From: an uncultured delta proteobacterium
Lineage (GTDB): Bacteria > Desulfobacterota > Binatia > JACPRU01
Reading direction: 5' to 3'
Assembly: GCA_963745025.1 (NCBI GenBank)
Contig: CAVUWD010000019.1
Coordinates: 1 to 64,000, forward strand
DNA: 64,000 nt
Positions 41,184-54,859 of this stretch are shown piece after piece. Numbering within the stretch: position 1 is the first letter of the stretch; every line of letters starts with the position of its first letter. The translations under genes and the position numbers were made by a program. The notes beneath the pieces were generated by a model, which worked only from the letters and a program-made list of their open reading frames with translations, searched no databases and was not told where the DNA came from.

Positions 41184-41858
41184 ATGTCCGAAGTGCGCAC
41201 GCCGCTCGACGTTCCCCTGACCCGAGAGCAGATTCAGCAGTTCTACTCGATGGTGGCGCCGGCCTACGACGGCCAGACGGCCCGCTTCGAGGCGGAGCCG
41301 AAGGCGCTGGCGATCGGCAAGCTGGCGCGAAAGCCGGGTGAGAGGCTCCTGGAGGTCGCGGTTGGCACCGGCGGCGGCATGCTGGAGGTGACGCGCGCGA
41401 GCGGGGCGGAAGGCGTCGTGGGCATCGACGTGGCGCCGGGCATGCTCGCCTTCACGCGAAAGCGGCTCGCCGAAGCCGGGATCGGGCCGGTCCCGCTCCT
41501 TCTCGCCGACGCGCGTTACCTGCCGTTCAAGGCAGCGACGTTCGACTGCCTCCTCAACAGCTACATGCTCGACCTCATCCCGAACGCGGACACAAGCAAG
41601 GTGCTGGCCGAGTTCCGCCGCGTCCTGAAGCCGGGCGGCCGGATCGTGCTCGCCAACCTGACGGAGGGAGAAGGCGAAGACGCGGCCTTCTCCGAAGGCT
41701 GGAAGGAGAGGTTCCAGGCGAACCCGCTGCAGGTTGGCGGCTGCCGGCCGGTGCTCATCCGGCCCTTCCTGGAGTCCGAGGGCTTCGTGGACATCGTGCG
41801 CGAGTACCGAGGCGGCCAGAGCTGGCCGACGGAGGTCGTGACGGCGAAAGCGCCTTAG
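41184..41858 (+). CDS. Class I SAM-dependent methyltransferase (UbiE-like)
   Basis: LLEVAVGTG, GIDVAPGML, DARYLPF, RRVLKPGG; GGAGG RBS. Confidence 0.9.
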   Translation: MSEVRTPLDVPLTREQIQQFYSMVAPAYDGQTARFEAEPKALAIGKLARKPGERLLEVAVGTGGGMLEVTRASGAEGVVGIDVAPGMLAFTRKRLAEAGIGPVPLLLADARYLPFKAATFDCLLNSYMLDLIPNADTSKVLAEFRRVLKPGGRIVLANLTEGEGEDAAFSEGWKERFQANPLQVGGCRPVLIRPFLESEGFVDIVREYRGGQSWPTEVVTAKAP

Positions 41859-42006
41859 GTGAGCAGCCGAAGAGGCCGACTTTCGCTCCACACAGAAGCG
41901 CGCCAGAGTCCGCGCAGCCACTGACGGGGTTTGCGCTCTCACTGTCGTTCTGCCCAGCTTCCATACGACCCTGCGGCGAGATCTGGGGTCTTTCGTCGAT
42001 CGTTCT

Positions 42007-42267
42007 CGTCTCGACCGTTGGCGCGGAGGACGTGCACGGGGAGGTCGAGCCGATTCTCCGACTCCACGACGAGGCCACGCGGGCGGCCTCGGGGCTCGCG
42101 CTGGGAGCGTGCGCCACGGATCGCGCCCGTTGGGCGCGCTCAAAGGGGATGCAACATCCTGCCGAGCTAGCGTGACGCGAGGTACTTCTTCCGGCGCACC
42201 CACTCGGAGAGCGCCTGCTCGCTGTCGATGAGCTCCGCACCCTTCCGCCGAAGCGCCTCCAGGGCGC
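42007..42267 (+). repeat. Right copy of the diverged direct repeat (with a ~60-bp spacer between the two gene tails)
   Basis: Orphan tail VSTVGAEDVHGEVEPILRLHDEATRAASGLAL, plus the intact cysteine hydrolase 3' end. Confidence 0.9.
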
Positions 42268-42790
42268 GAGCACGGCGGGCATCGGTCGCGGCGGCGACCG
42301 CATTGCGAACCACCTTCACCTTGTAGCCGCGGTTCATCGCGGCTTCGGCGGTGTAGTAAACGGAAGCATCCGCGAAGACGCCGGCGAGCACGAGATGATC
42401 GACCGCGTGCGAACGCAGGAATTGGTCGAGCTCCGGATTGGAGAACGCGTCGGCCCGGTCTTTCCGAAAAACCGGTCCGCTCGGCTGCAGGAGGCGCGAG
42501 TCGAGCTCGCCGCCCGCCGGAGATTCGCTCCGCACGTAGACGAGCTCCACGCCGAGGGACCGGGCGTTCTCGACGAGGGGGTTCGTCGCTGCGAGCATCG
42601 GAGCGACCTGGCTTTGCGCGACGGACAGCCGACCCCGGGGCTCGAGGAATTCCTTCTGCACGTCGACGACGACCAGCGCGACCTGCGGACGGTCGTAGAT
42701 CGGAATGCGTTCCCCAGTGGTGGCTCGCTCGCAGCCGCCGAGCGCGAGGGCCAAGAAGCAGGCGGCGAGGGGAGCTCGCTTCAGTTTCAC
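42167..42790 (-). CDS. Isochorismatase/cysteine hydrolase family lipoprotein
   Basis: Lipobox LGGC; ALVVVDVQ, FRKDRADAFSNPEL, GVFADASV. Confidence 0.88.
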   Translation of the reverse strand: MKLKRAPLAACFLALALGGCERATTGERIPIYDRPQVALVVVDVQKEFLEPRGRLSVAQSQVAPMLAATNPLVENARSLGVELVYVRSESPAGGELDSRLLQPSGPVFRKDRADAFSNPELDQFLRSHAVDHLVLAGVFADASVYYTAEAAMNRGYKVKVVRNAVAAATDARRARALEALRRKGAELIDSEQALSEWVRRKKYLASR

Positions 42791-42836
42791 GACGCCATTA
42801 GGTAGGATCCCCGTCAGGCGAGGTCAAACCCGAGAG

Positions 42837-43064
42837 ATGCCTCTGTTCGAGTACGAATGCCGAGGATGCGGCGCCCGCTTCGAGGAGCTGGTCCGTCGCT
42901 CTGAGGTGGTGACGTGCCCATCCTGCCGCGGCGGGAACGTCGTCAAGCTGCTGTCGAGCTTCGCGGTCGGGGGCGGGGCGGGCGAACGTTCGGCTGCCCC
43001 TGCGGAGCCCGGGCCCTGCGGGGCCTGTGGTGCGGCCGTTCGAGGATCCTGCGCGGTCGAGTAG
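42837..43064 (+). CDS. FmdB-family zinc-ribbon protein
   Basis: MPLFEYECRGCG...CPSC...KLLSSF. Confidence 0.9.
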   Translation: MPLFEYECRGCGARFEELVRRSEVVTCPSCRGGNVVKLLSSFAVGGGAGERSAAPAEPGPCGACGAAVRGSCAVE

Positions 43065-43080
43065 GGCACACGTGGCGCGG

Positions 43081-44169
43081 ATGCGCCTCGGCATCGACGT
43101 CCGCAAGCTGGGTGACGGCGGCATCGGAGAGTACATCCGGGAGACGCTGATCGCGGAGCGCGAGGCTCGTCCGGACCTGGAAATCATCGCCTTCGGGTCA
43201 CCCGGCGCGCATGCGCTCCTGCCGCTCGATCGGATCGAGTGGGTTCCGGTCGCGGCAGGAAAGTACTCGATCGCAGAGCATTTCACGCTGCCGGCCGCAA
43301 CCCGTGGTCGAGCGATCGATGTCTTCCATGCCCCTCACTACGTTTTGCCGTTGGCGCTACCGATCCCCGCCGTCGTAACCGTGCACGACCTCATCCACGT
43401 GCTCTTTCCTCGCTCGCCGCTCCACCGCCTCTACGCGCGCTTCATGATCGGCTCGGCATGTCGCCGCGCCCGACGAATCATCACCGTCTCGGAAGCCACG
43501 GCGCGCGATCTTCGCGAGCGGCTCGGGGTCCCGCGGGAGAAGATCCGTGTCGTCTGGAACGGCGTGGCGCCGCGATTTCGGCCGCTGCCGCCGACGGAGA
43601 CCGACCGAGCGCTCGACTCGCTCCGCCTCGAACGGCCGTATGTGCTCTTCGTCGGCAACTGCCTGCCGCACAAGAACGTCGACACGCTCGTTCGCGCTTG
43701 GGATCGCTTGCCCGAACCGCGCCCGGCGCTCGTCCTGTGCGGCGGCGGCTTCGACCGGTCGCACGCCGTCCGTGCGGCGATCGCCGCTGCCCGCGGCGGC
43801 GAACGCGTTCGCATGATCGACCGAATCGATCGTGACGGACTCGTCGCCCTTTACAACGGCGCGGAGCTCCTTGCCACGACGTCGCTCTACGAGGGATTCT
43901 GCTTGCCGGTCGTCGAGGCGTTCGCCTGCGGTACACCGGTCCTCGCAGCCGGCGACGGCGCTCTGCCGGAGATCGCCGGCGATGCGGCGATCCGGGTCTC
44001 GCCGCATCGCGTTGACACGATCGCCTCCGAAATGTATCGGCTGCTGACCGATCGGGAGCTTCGCAAGGGGCTCGTGGAGAGGGGCAAGGAGCAGGCGGCG
44101 CGCTTTTCCTGGGCGGAGGCGGCCAAGAAGACCCTCTCGGTGTACGAGGAGGTTCGAGCGGACCCTTGA
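43081..44169 (+). CDS. GT4 glycosyltransferase
   Basis: VVTVHDL, PHKN, YEGFCLPVVEAFACG. Confidence 0.92.
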   Translation: MRLGIDVRKLGDGGIGEYIRETLIAEREARPDLEIIAFGSPGAHALLPLDRIEWVPVAAGKYSIAEHFTLPAATRGRAIDVFHAPHYVLPLALPIPAVVTVHDLIHVLFPRSPLHRLYARFMIGSACRRARRIITVSEATARDLRERLGVPREKIRVVWNGVAPRFRPLPPTETDRALDSLRLERPYVLFVGNCLPHKNVDTLVRAWDRLPEPRPALVLCGGGFDRSHAVRAAIAAARGGERVRMIDRIDRDGLVALYNGAELLATTSLYEGFCLPVVEAFACGTPVLAAGDGALPEIAGDAAIRVSPHRVDTIASEMYRLLTDRELRKGLVERGKEQAARFSWAEAAKKTLSVYEEVRADP

Positions 44170-45278
44170 AGATAGCCCTGGTTCACGACTGGCTTACGGG
44201 GATGCGGGGTGGAGAGAAGTGTCTGGAAGCCGCCTGCGAGCTCTTTCCCGACGCCGACATCTTCACTCTGCTCCATCGCAAGGGAACGGTCAGCGCGGCG
44301 ATCGAGCGCCACCGCATCATCACCTCCTTCCTGCAGAGGGTTCCCGAAGTTCACCGCTACTATCGCTACCTCCTGCCGCTCTACCCGACCGCGATCGAAC
44401 GCTTCGATCTTTCCGGCTACGATCTCGTGCTCAGCATGAGCCATGCGGTCGCCAAGGGTGCGATTCCGCCACCCGGGGCGGAGCACGCGTGTTATTGCTT
44501 CTCGCCGATGCGCTACGTCTGGGACCTCTACGACGACTATTTCGGTAGGACGCCGAGGCCGATCGAGTTTTTCATCTCCTTCACGGCCTCGCGGCTACGC
44601 ACCTGGGACGTCTGCGCCACGGCGCGCGTCGATCGTATCGCGGCGATCTCTCGCCACGTCGAGCGGAGGGTGGCACGCTACTACCGGCGCGAGGCGACCG
44701 TCATCTATCCCCCCGTGGAAGACGCCTATTTCGAGGAACGCTTGCCGAGTCAGAAGGGCGACTACTTCCTGATCGTCTCCTCGCTCGTTCCCTACAAGCG
44801 GCTCGACGTCGCCCTCGATGCCTTCCGTCGCTCGGGCGATCCGCTCTGGATCGTCGGCAGCGGGCCGGAAGAGCGGCGGCTGAAGGCGCTGGCACCGCCG
44901 GCCGCGCGCTTTCTCGGATGGCAACCGGCCGAGCGCCTCCCCGACCTCTACCGCAACTCCCGGGCGCTCGTCTTTCCGGGCATCGAAGATTTCGGCATCG
45001 CTCCTCTCGAATGCCAGGCGATGGGGCGGCCGGTCATCGCGCTCGGCGCCGGCGGACTCTGCGAGACCGTGCGTCCGGTCGGCAACGGCGCCGAACCGAC
45101 CGGAGTTCTCTACCGCAACCCGGCGGCCGACGGGCTCCTCGAGGGGCTCGAGACGTTCCGTAGACACGAGGCGGACTTCTCCCCCGAGCGGCTACGGCGC
45201 CACGCCGCCGCCTTCCGACGAGAACGATTCCTCGATGAGCTGCGCGGCTTCGCCGCCCCGGGGATACGCGCTTGCTGA
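44166..45278 (+). CDS. GT4 glycosyltransferase
   Basis: VHDWLTGMRGGEK, PMRYVWD, EDFGIAPLE. Confidence 0.92.
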   Translation: MKIALVHDWLTGMRGGEKCLEAACELFPDADIFTLLHRKGTVSAAIERHRIITSFLQRVPEVHRYYRYLLPLYPTAIERFDLSGYDLVLSMSHAVAKGAIPPPGAEHACYCFSPMRYVWDLYDDYFGRTPRPIEFFISFTASRLRTWDVCATARVDRIAAISRHVERRVARYYRREATVIYPPVEDAYFEERLPSQKGDYFLIVSSLVPYKRLDVALDAFRRSGDPLWIVGSGPEERRLKALAPPAARFLGWQPAERLPDLYRNSRALVFPGIEDFGIAPLECQAMGRPVIALGAGGLCETVRPVGNGAEPTGVLYRNPAADGLLEGLETFRRHEADFSPERLRRHAAAFRRERFLDELRGFAAPGIRAC

Positions 45279-46681
45279 AACAGCATCATCAGGTCTTCCA
45301 GGGCCTCTTCTTCTTTGCCGACATGCTGGTCGTGTCGGCCGCCTGGGTGCTCGCCTACTACCTGCGTTTCGAATGGGGACCGATCCCCGCGCCGAAGGGC
45401 ACGCCACCCATGGCGAACTACCTACCGATGGCGCTCTTCGTGTGGGTCATCTGGGGTGTGACGCTTCGCTTGTTCGGCCTCTACCACGTGACCCGCGGCA
45501 CGCAGGCGATTCACGAGGCGATCCGCGTTGCGCAAGCCTCCACGCTCTCCGTTCTGGTCTTCATGTCGGTGGCGTTTCTCTTCTGGGAGAAGGACTACTC
45601 GTTCTCGCGCGGCGTCTTCTTCTACTTCTGGGTGCTGGCGGTCGTGATGCTGGTCGCCGAGCGGCTGCTGCTCCGTGAGGTCCTCGGTCTGTTCCGCGCG
45701 CGCGGCTACAACCAGCGCCACGTGCTCATCATCGGCTCGGGAGATCTCGCGCAGAGCGTGGCGCGGAAGATCGCCGAGCACCCGGGGCTCGGTTTCACGA
45801 TTCGCGGATTTCTCGCCGAGCGTGCGGAGGAGATCGGCCGGGAGATCGACGGTGCGCGGGTGATCGGCTCCTACGCCGACGTGCAGGCGATCCTCGAGCA
45901 GAACGGCATCGATCAGGTGCTGATCGCGCTGCCGCTCGACTCGATCGGGTATCTCGAAGAGATCCTCAAGCGGATCGGTCCGTCGATGGTCGACATCAAG
46001 GTGATTCCCGACATCTACAAGTTCATCAGCCTGCGCGGCGGCATCGAAGACTTCGACGGCATGCCGGTGATCAGCCTGCTCGACACGCCGCTCCGCGGCT
46101 GGAACGACGTGCTGAAGCGCTGCGTCGACGTCGTGCTCGCGGCGACCCTGATCGCGCTGATGTCGCCGCTCTTCGTGCTGATCGCCGTCGCCATCAAGCT
46201 CGCCTCGCGAGGCCCGGTCTTCTACCGCCAGGAGCGAATGAGCCTCGACGGGCGCACTTTTCTCGTCTGGAAGTTCCGCACCATGACGGTCGATGCCGAA
46301 GCGGAGACCGGCGCGGTGTGGGCTTCGCCGGTCGATCCGAGGCGCACGACGCTCGGAAAATGGCTGCGGCGCACGAGCCTCGACGAGCTGCCCCAGCTCT
46401 TCAACGTCCTGCGCGGTGAGATGAGCCTGGTGGGGCCGCGACCGGAGCGGCCGGTCTTCATCGCGCAGTTCCGGCAGAAGATCCCGAACTACATGCTGCG
46501 ACACAAGGTGCGCGCCGGGATGACCGGCTGGGCTCAGGTGCACGGGCTGCGCGGCAACACCTCGGTCGAGCAGCGCATCCGCTACGACCTCTATTACATC
46601 GAAAACTGGTCGCTGTTGCTCGACTTCAAGATCTTGCTGCTGACGTTGTTCCGGGGATTCAACAATCCGAATGCGTATTAG
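45272..46681 (+). CDS. Undecaprenyl-phosphate glucose phosphotransferase (WcaJ-like)
   Basis: Four N-terminal TMs, KR..D, KFRTM, SLDELPQL, MSLVGPRPE, GMTGWAQV. Confidence 0.93.
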   Translation: MLKQHHQVFQGLFFFADMLVVSAAWVLAYYLRFEWGPIPAPKGTPPMANYLPMALFVWVIWGVTLRLFGLYHVTRGTQAIHEAIRVAQASTLSVLVFMSVAFLFWEKDYSFSRGVFFYFWVLAVVMLVAERLLLREVLGLFRARGYNQRHVLIIGSGDLAQSVARKIAEHPGLGFTIRGFLAERAEEIGREIDGARVIGSYADVQAILEQNGIDQVLIALPLDSIGYLEEILKRIGPSMVDIKVIPDIYKFISLRGGIEDFDGMPVISLLDTPLRGWNDVLKRCVDVVLAATLIALMSPLFVLIAVAIKLASRGPVFYRQERMSLDGRTFLVWKFRTMTVDAEAETGAVWASPVDPRRTTLGKWLRRTSLDELPQLFNVLRGEMSLVGPRPERPVFIAQFRQKIPNYMLRHKVRAGMTGWAQVHGLRGNTSVEQRIRYDLYYIENWSLLLDFKILLLTLFRGFNNPNAY

Positions 46682-46761
46682 AAGCCGGCTTCCGGACATT
46701 GGCGGAGCGAGTCTTTTGCGGTAGCCGGTAGTCGGAAGTCGGTAGCCTCCAGGAGCCATTC

Positions 46762-48091
46762 ATGAAGGTCTGCGTCGTCGGAACCGGCTACGTCGGCCTC
46801 GTCGCCGGCACCTGCTTCGCCGAGAGCGGCAACGACGTCATCTGCGTCGACAACGACGCAGCGAAGATCGGCGCTCTTGCGGGAAGGCAAGTCTCCGATC
46901 TACGAGCCGGCCTCGAGGAGCTGATCCGGCGCAACGTCGACGGAAGGGCGGCTCGTCGTTCAGCACCGACCTTGCCGCGGCGGTCGCAGAAGCGCTCGTC
47001 TGCTTCATCGCCGTCGGCACGCCGCGAGCGAGCGACGGCGCCGCCGATCTCGCCGCCGTGCTCGGCGTGGCGCGCGAGATCGGGCGGGCGATGGACGGCT
47101 ACCGCGATCGTGGTCACCAAGAGCACGGTGCCGGTCGGCACCGCGGACCGGGTGCGCGCAGGCCGTCGGCGCCGTCACGGCGCACCCGTTCGACGTGGTC
47201 TCGAACCCCGAGTTCCTGAAGGAAGGCGCGGCGATCGACGACTTCATGAAGCCCGACCGCGTCGTGATCGGCACCGAGCGCCGAACGCGATCGAGATCAT
47301 GCGGGAGCTCTACGAGCCGTTCGTGCGCACCGGGAACCCGATCCTCGTCATGGACAACCGCGAGCGCCGAGATGACGAAGTACGCCGCCAATGCGCTTCT
47401 CGCGACGCGCATCTCGTTCATGAACGAGATCGCGAACCTGTGCGAGCGCGTCGGCGCCGACGTCGATCAGGTGCGCCGCGGCATCGGCTCCGACCGCCGC
47501 ATCGGCCAGCACTTCCTCTTCCCCGGCGTCGGCTACGGCGGCTCGTGCTTCCCGAAGGACGTGCAGGCGATGATCCACACGGCGCGACGAGCACGGCATC
47601 GAGTTCCCGCTGCTGCAGCGCGGTCGAGGACGTGAACGACGCGCAGAAGCGACGGCTCGTCGACAAGGTGATGGCCGAGCTTCGGCGAGAGCCTACGGGG
47701 CAAGACGTTCGCGATCTGGGGGCTCTCGTTCAAGCCACGCACCGACGACATGCGCGAGGCGCCGTCGCTCACGATCGTCGAGGGCCTTCTCGACGCGCGG
47801 CGCGACGGTGCGCGTCCACGATCCCGAGGCGCTGGGCGAGGCGCGGACGCTCTTCGGCGAGCGCGTGAGCTATCATCGCGATCAACTACGACGCGCTCGA
47901 GGGCGCCGACGCGCTGCTCATCGTCACCGAGTGGAACGAGTTCCGGCGGCCCGACTTCGCGCGCATGAAGCGGCTCCTGCAGGGCGCCCGTCATCTTCGA
48001 CGGCCGCAACCTCTACGAGCCCGAGGTCATGCGCGAGCACGGCTTCACCTACCTCCCGATCGGCCGCGCGCCGGTGCGTGCGGCGAGGTAG
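46762..48091 (+). CDS. ugd: UDP-glucose 6-dehydrogenase (multiple apparent frameshifts)
   Basis: [42 protein letters not shown] across frames. Confidence 0.9.
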
Positions 48092-48100
48092 GCCGGACCG

Positions 48101-49041
<941 letters not shown>

Positions 49042-49057
49042 TGGGGATGGCTTCACC

Positions 49058-51841
<2,784 letters not shown>

Positions 51842-51871
<30 letters not shown>

Positions 51872-52066
51872 AACGGTAGCGCCGGTACAGACGGCACTCG
51901 TGACCAACGGGAACGATGAGTGGGAGGCGCAAAGCGCCTTTCTTGGCGATGTTGAAGGTGGAGAGCTGAAACGGTAGCGCCGGTACGGACGGTACTCGTG
52001 ACCAACGGGAACGATGAGTGGGAGGCGAAAGCGCCATTCTTGGCAATTTTGAAAGTCGAGAGCTGA
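51842..52066 (+). repeat. Tandem 97-98-bp units reiterating the last 30 bp of lepA (three tail copies)
   Basis: ttcttggcgatgttgaaggtggagagctga at 51842 and 51940; variant ttcttggcaattttgaaagtcgagagctga at 52037; near-identical spacers. Confidence 0.92.
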
Positions 52067-52281
52067 GACGGGAGCAACCATGCGATCGGCACCTCGCGAT
52101 CAACGGGAGCCACGGGAGGCATTCCCGGCCATGCGCAAGGTGGACAGCTGAGCCAGGGGACGTTGCGGCATTATCGGAATCGTTGACGGCGAAGATTCGC
52201 TGGCGCTCTCGACGATTCCGATAGCCCCACAAAGTCCCCTTACGCCTCCGGCGTGAATCGTTTAAGATTCCCCTCATCGCC

Positions 52282-52965
52282 ATGCCCCCCGAATCCCAGC
52301 GCGCCGTCTTCGCCCCGGAGACGAACCGCGGCCCGGCGGCCGGCGCGAGCGCGCCTCCGCGGGGGCGGAAGTCCGTCATCCGCGAATATGGCGAAGCGCT
52401 CGCGGTCGCGCTGCTGCTCGCGCTTTTCATCCGCAGCTTCGTGGTACAGGCGTTCAAGATCCCCTCGGGCTCGATGATCCCGACGTTGCTGATCGGCGAT
52501 CACATCCTGGTGAACAAGTTCGTGTACGGCGTTCGGCTACCCTACTTCGGCACCGATATCGTGCCGATCGGCAAGCCCCGGCGCGGAGACGTGGTCGTCT
52601 TCATCTACCCGCAGGACGAGGACAAGGACTTCATCAAGCGGGTGGTGGGTGTCGAGGGCGACACCATCGAAGTGCGCGACAAGCGACTCTACGTCAACGG
52701 CGAGACGGTCGCCGATCCGCACGCGCACTTCGCCGAGGGCGAGGAGGGCCGGGCGGTCGCGCCGCGCGACAACTACGGGCCCTTCAAGGTGCCGCCGGGC
52801 TACATCTTCGTGATGGGCGACAATCGCGACCGAAGCTACGACAGCCGCTTCTGGGGGCCGGTGGCGCTCGACAAGGTCAAGGGCAAGGCCTTCCTGATCT
52901 ACTGGTCGTGGGACGGTGGAGGTCGCTGGGCTCGCTGGGAACGAATCGGCGAGTTGATCTACTGA
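52282..52965 (+). CDS. lepB: Signal peptidase I
   Basis: IPSGSM, FIKRVVG, GDNRDRSYDSR; follows lepA. Confidence 0.95.
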   Translation: MPPESQRAVFAPETNRGPAAGASAPPRGRKSVIREYGEALAVALLLALFIRSFVVQAFKIPSGSMIPTLLIGDHILVNKFVYGVRLPYFGTDIVPIGKPRRGDVVVFIYPQDEDKDFIKRVVGVEGDTIEVRDKRLYVNGETVADPHAHFAEGEEGRAVAPRDNYGPFKVPPGYIFVMGDNRDRSYDSRFWGPVALDKVKGKAFLIYWSWDGGGRWARWERIGELIY

Positions 52966-53106
52966 AACGAACGAGCACACTACGCGAATGAGCGCTTGAC
53001 CGAGGCGCCGGCCGAACGATGCGGTCGACGAAGCCGATGCGAAGCGCTTCGACAGGATGTAGCTGGCTTGTCGAGCGTACTCACTTGTGGTCGAAACCTC
53101 AGAGTC

Positions 53107-54675
53107 ATGAGTAGACGGCTCGTGCTCTCGACGGTTTTCGCTCTAGCCGCCCTGCAGCTTTCCGCGCACGCCGCGTCCGTCGCCAAGGACACGGGCCAGG
53201 TGCTCGTCTCGCCGCCCGGATACACGCTGATCCACCGGATGCCGGCGCCGGATTTCAAGCCGACGGCAGTTTATCTTTGGCTCGACGTGCTGCTCGAAGC
53301 GTCGGGCCGCGACGCGGACCGCAACAGTCCCCGCCCAACGATCCTATCGCGTACCATGGCGATCGTCCTGACCTCGATGTACGACGCGTGGGCGGCATAC
53401 GACGACGTCGCCGTCGGCACCCGCCTGGGTGACCGCCTGCGCCGGCCGCCTGCCGAGCGCTCGCAGGCCGCCAAAGAAGAGGCGATCGCCTATGCGGCGT
53501 ATCGTTCGCTGCTGTTCGTGTATCCGGAAGACGCGGCATGGATTCGCGATCAGTTCCGCAGACGAGGCTTCGATCCCGACGACGCCTCAACCGACGTAGC
53601 GACGCCGGAGGGTATCGGCAATACCGCCGCCAACGCCATCATCGAATACCGCCGCCACGACGGTGCCAATCAGACGGGCGACGAGCCGGGCGGCAACGGC
53701 AAGCCGTACGCGGATTACACCGGCTACGCGCCGAAGAACACGCCCGGCCACGTCGTGGACCCGATCCGTTGGATGCCGATCCCATTCTCCGACGGAAACG
53801 GGGGCACCGTTTCGCCCGGGTTCCTCACGCCGCAGTGGGGCAGGGTGAGGCCGTTCGCGCTCGAGCACCCGGACCAGTTCCGTCCCCCCGAGCCGCCGAA
53901 ATGGGGTTCCGAGACCCTGAACCGCGACATCGAGGAAGTCGTGCGTGTCAACGCCGATCTCACGCTCGAGCAGAAGACGGTCGTCGAGTTCATGCGCGAG
54001 GGTCCGCACTCCACTGGGCAGTCCGGCCACTGGCTGCAGTTCGCCGAGGACGTATCGCGTCGCGACCACCACACGCTCGATCAGGACGTGAAGCTGTTTT
54101 TCGCCGTGAGCAGCGTGGTCGCGGACGCGTTCATTGCCTGTTGGGAGGCCAAGCGCTACTACGACACGAGCCGTCCGTACTGGTGGGCGCGCATGTACTA
54201 CAAGGGGAAGCAGATCGATGGCTGGGCGGGGCCGGGCAAAGGTGTGGTGCGGATGGTCGGAGAAAACTGGCGGCCGTACTCGCCGGACGTTTTTCTGACG
54301 CCGCCCTTTCCCGGATACACATCGGGTCACGCGACCGCTAGCGGGGCCGCTTCGCGAATCCTCGAACTCTTTACCGGCAGCGACCGCTATGGCGCCGTGG
54401 CAATCCAGCAAGCGGGCTACATGACCGAGCCAGACGTCGCGACTGCGCAGATGCAGGCGCGCAATGGCCGACCGGCGATCGATGTGCCCGCCTCCAAGGA
54501 AGTGCGTCTGTCGCTGCCGACCTTCACCGCTACCGCCGAGATGGCGGCCATCTCGCGGATGTGGGGCGGCTATCACGTCCGCACCGACAATGAGGAGGGC
54601 CTGATTCTCGGGCGGCGCATCGCGGCATACTGCTGGCCGAAGTACCAGGCCTACTTCAACGGCACGGCGCGGTAA
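53107..54675 (+). CDS. Secreted vanadium-dependent haloperoxidase/PAP2 family protein
   Basis: Signal peptide; KRYYDTSRP, PPFPGYTSGH, SRMWGGYH vanadate/phosphate-binding motifs. Confidence 0.88.
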   Translation: MSRRLVLSTVFALAALQLSAHAASVAKDTGQVLVSPPGYTLIHRMPAPDFKPTAVYLWLDVLLEASGRDADRNSPRPTILSRTMAIVLTSMYDAWAAYDDVAVGTRLGDRLRRPPAERSQAAKEEAIAYAAYRSLLFVYPEDAAWIRDQFRRRGFDPDDASTDVATPEGIGNTAANAIIEYRRHDGANQTGDEPGGNGKPYADYTGYAPKNTPGHVVDPIRWMPIPFSDGNGGTVSPGFLTPQWGRVRPFALEHPDQFRPPEPPKWGSETLNRDIEEVVRVNADLTLEQKTVVEFMREGPHSTGQSGHWLQFAEDVSRRDHHTLDQDVKLFFAVSSVVADAFIACWEAKRYYDTSRPYWWARMYYKGKQIDGWAGPGKGVVRMVGENWRPYSPDVFLTPPFPGYTSGHATASGAASRILELFTGSDRYGAVAIQQAGYMTEPDVATAQMQARNGRPAIDVPASKEVRLSLPTFTATAEMAAISRMWGGYHVRTDNEEGLILGRRIAAYCWPKYQAYFNGTAR

Positions 54676-54859
54676 CGGGTTGACGAGCCCTCGGAGCCGC
54701 GCGAGTCGCCAGATACGGCCCCGCGATCCATTCGGCGCTCGCGAACGCGGCCGAGCCGGGTGCAGGGTGGGCGAGCGGTTGCCCGCTCGGCCGGCGCCCA
54801 TCCGCACTTGACTCCATCTCGGGCGAACCGCCACGCTGCTCCGGCAGGAGGGATCCCGA

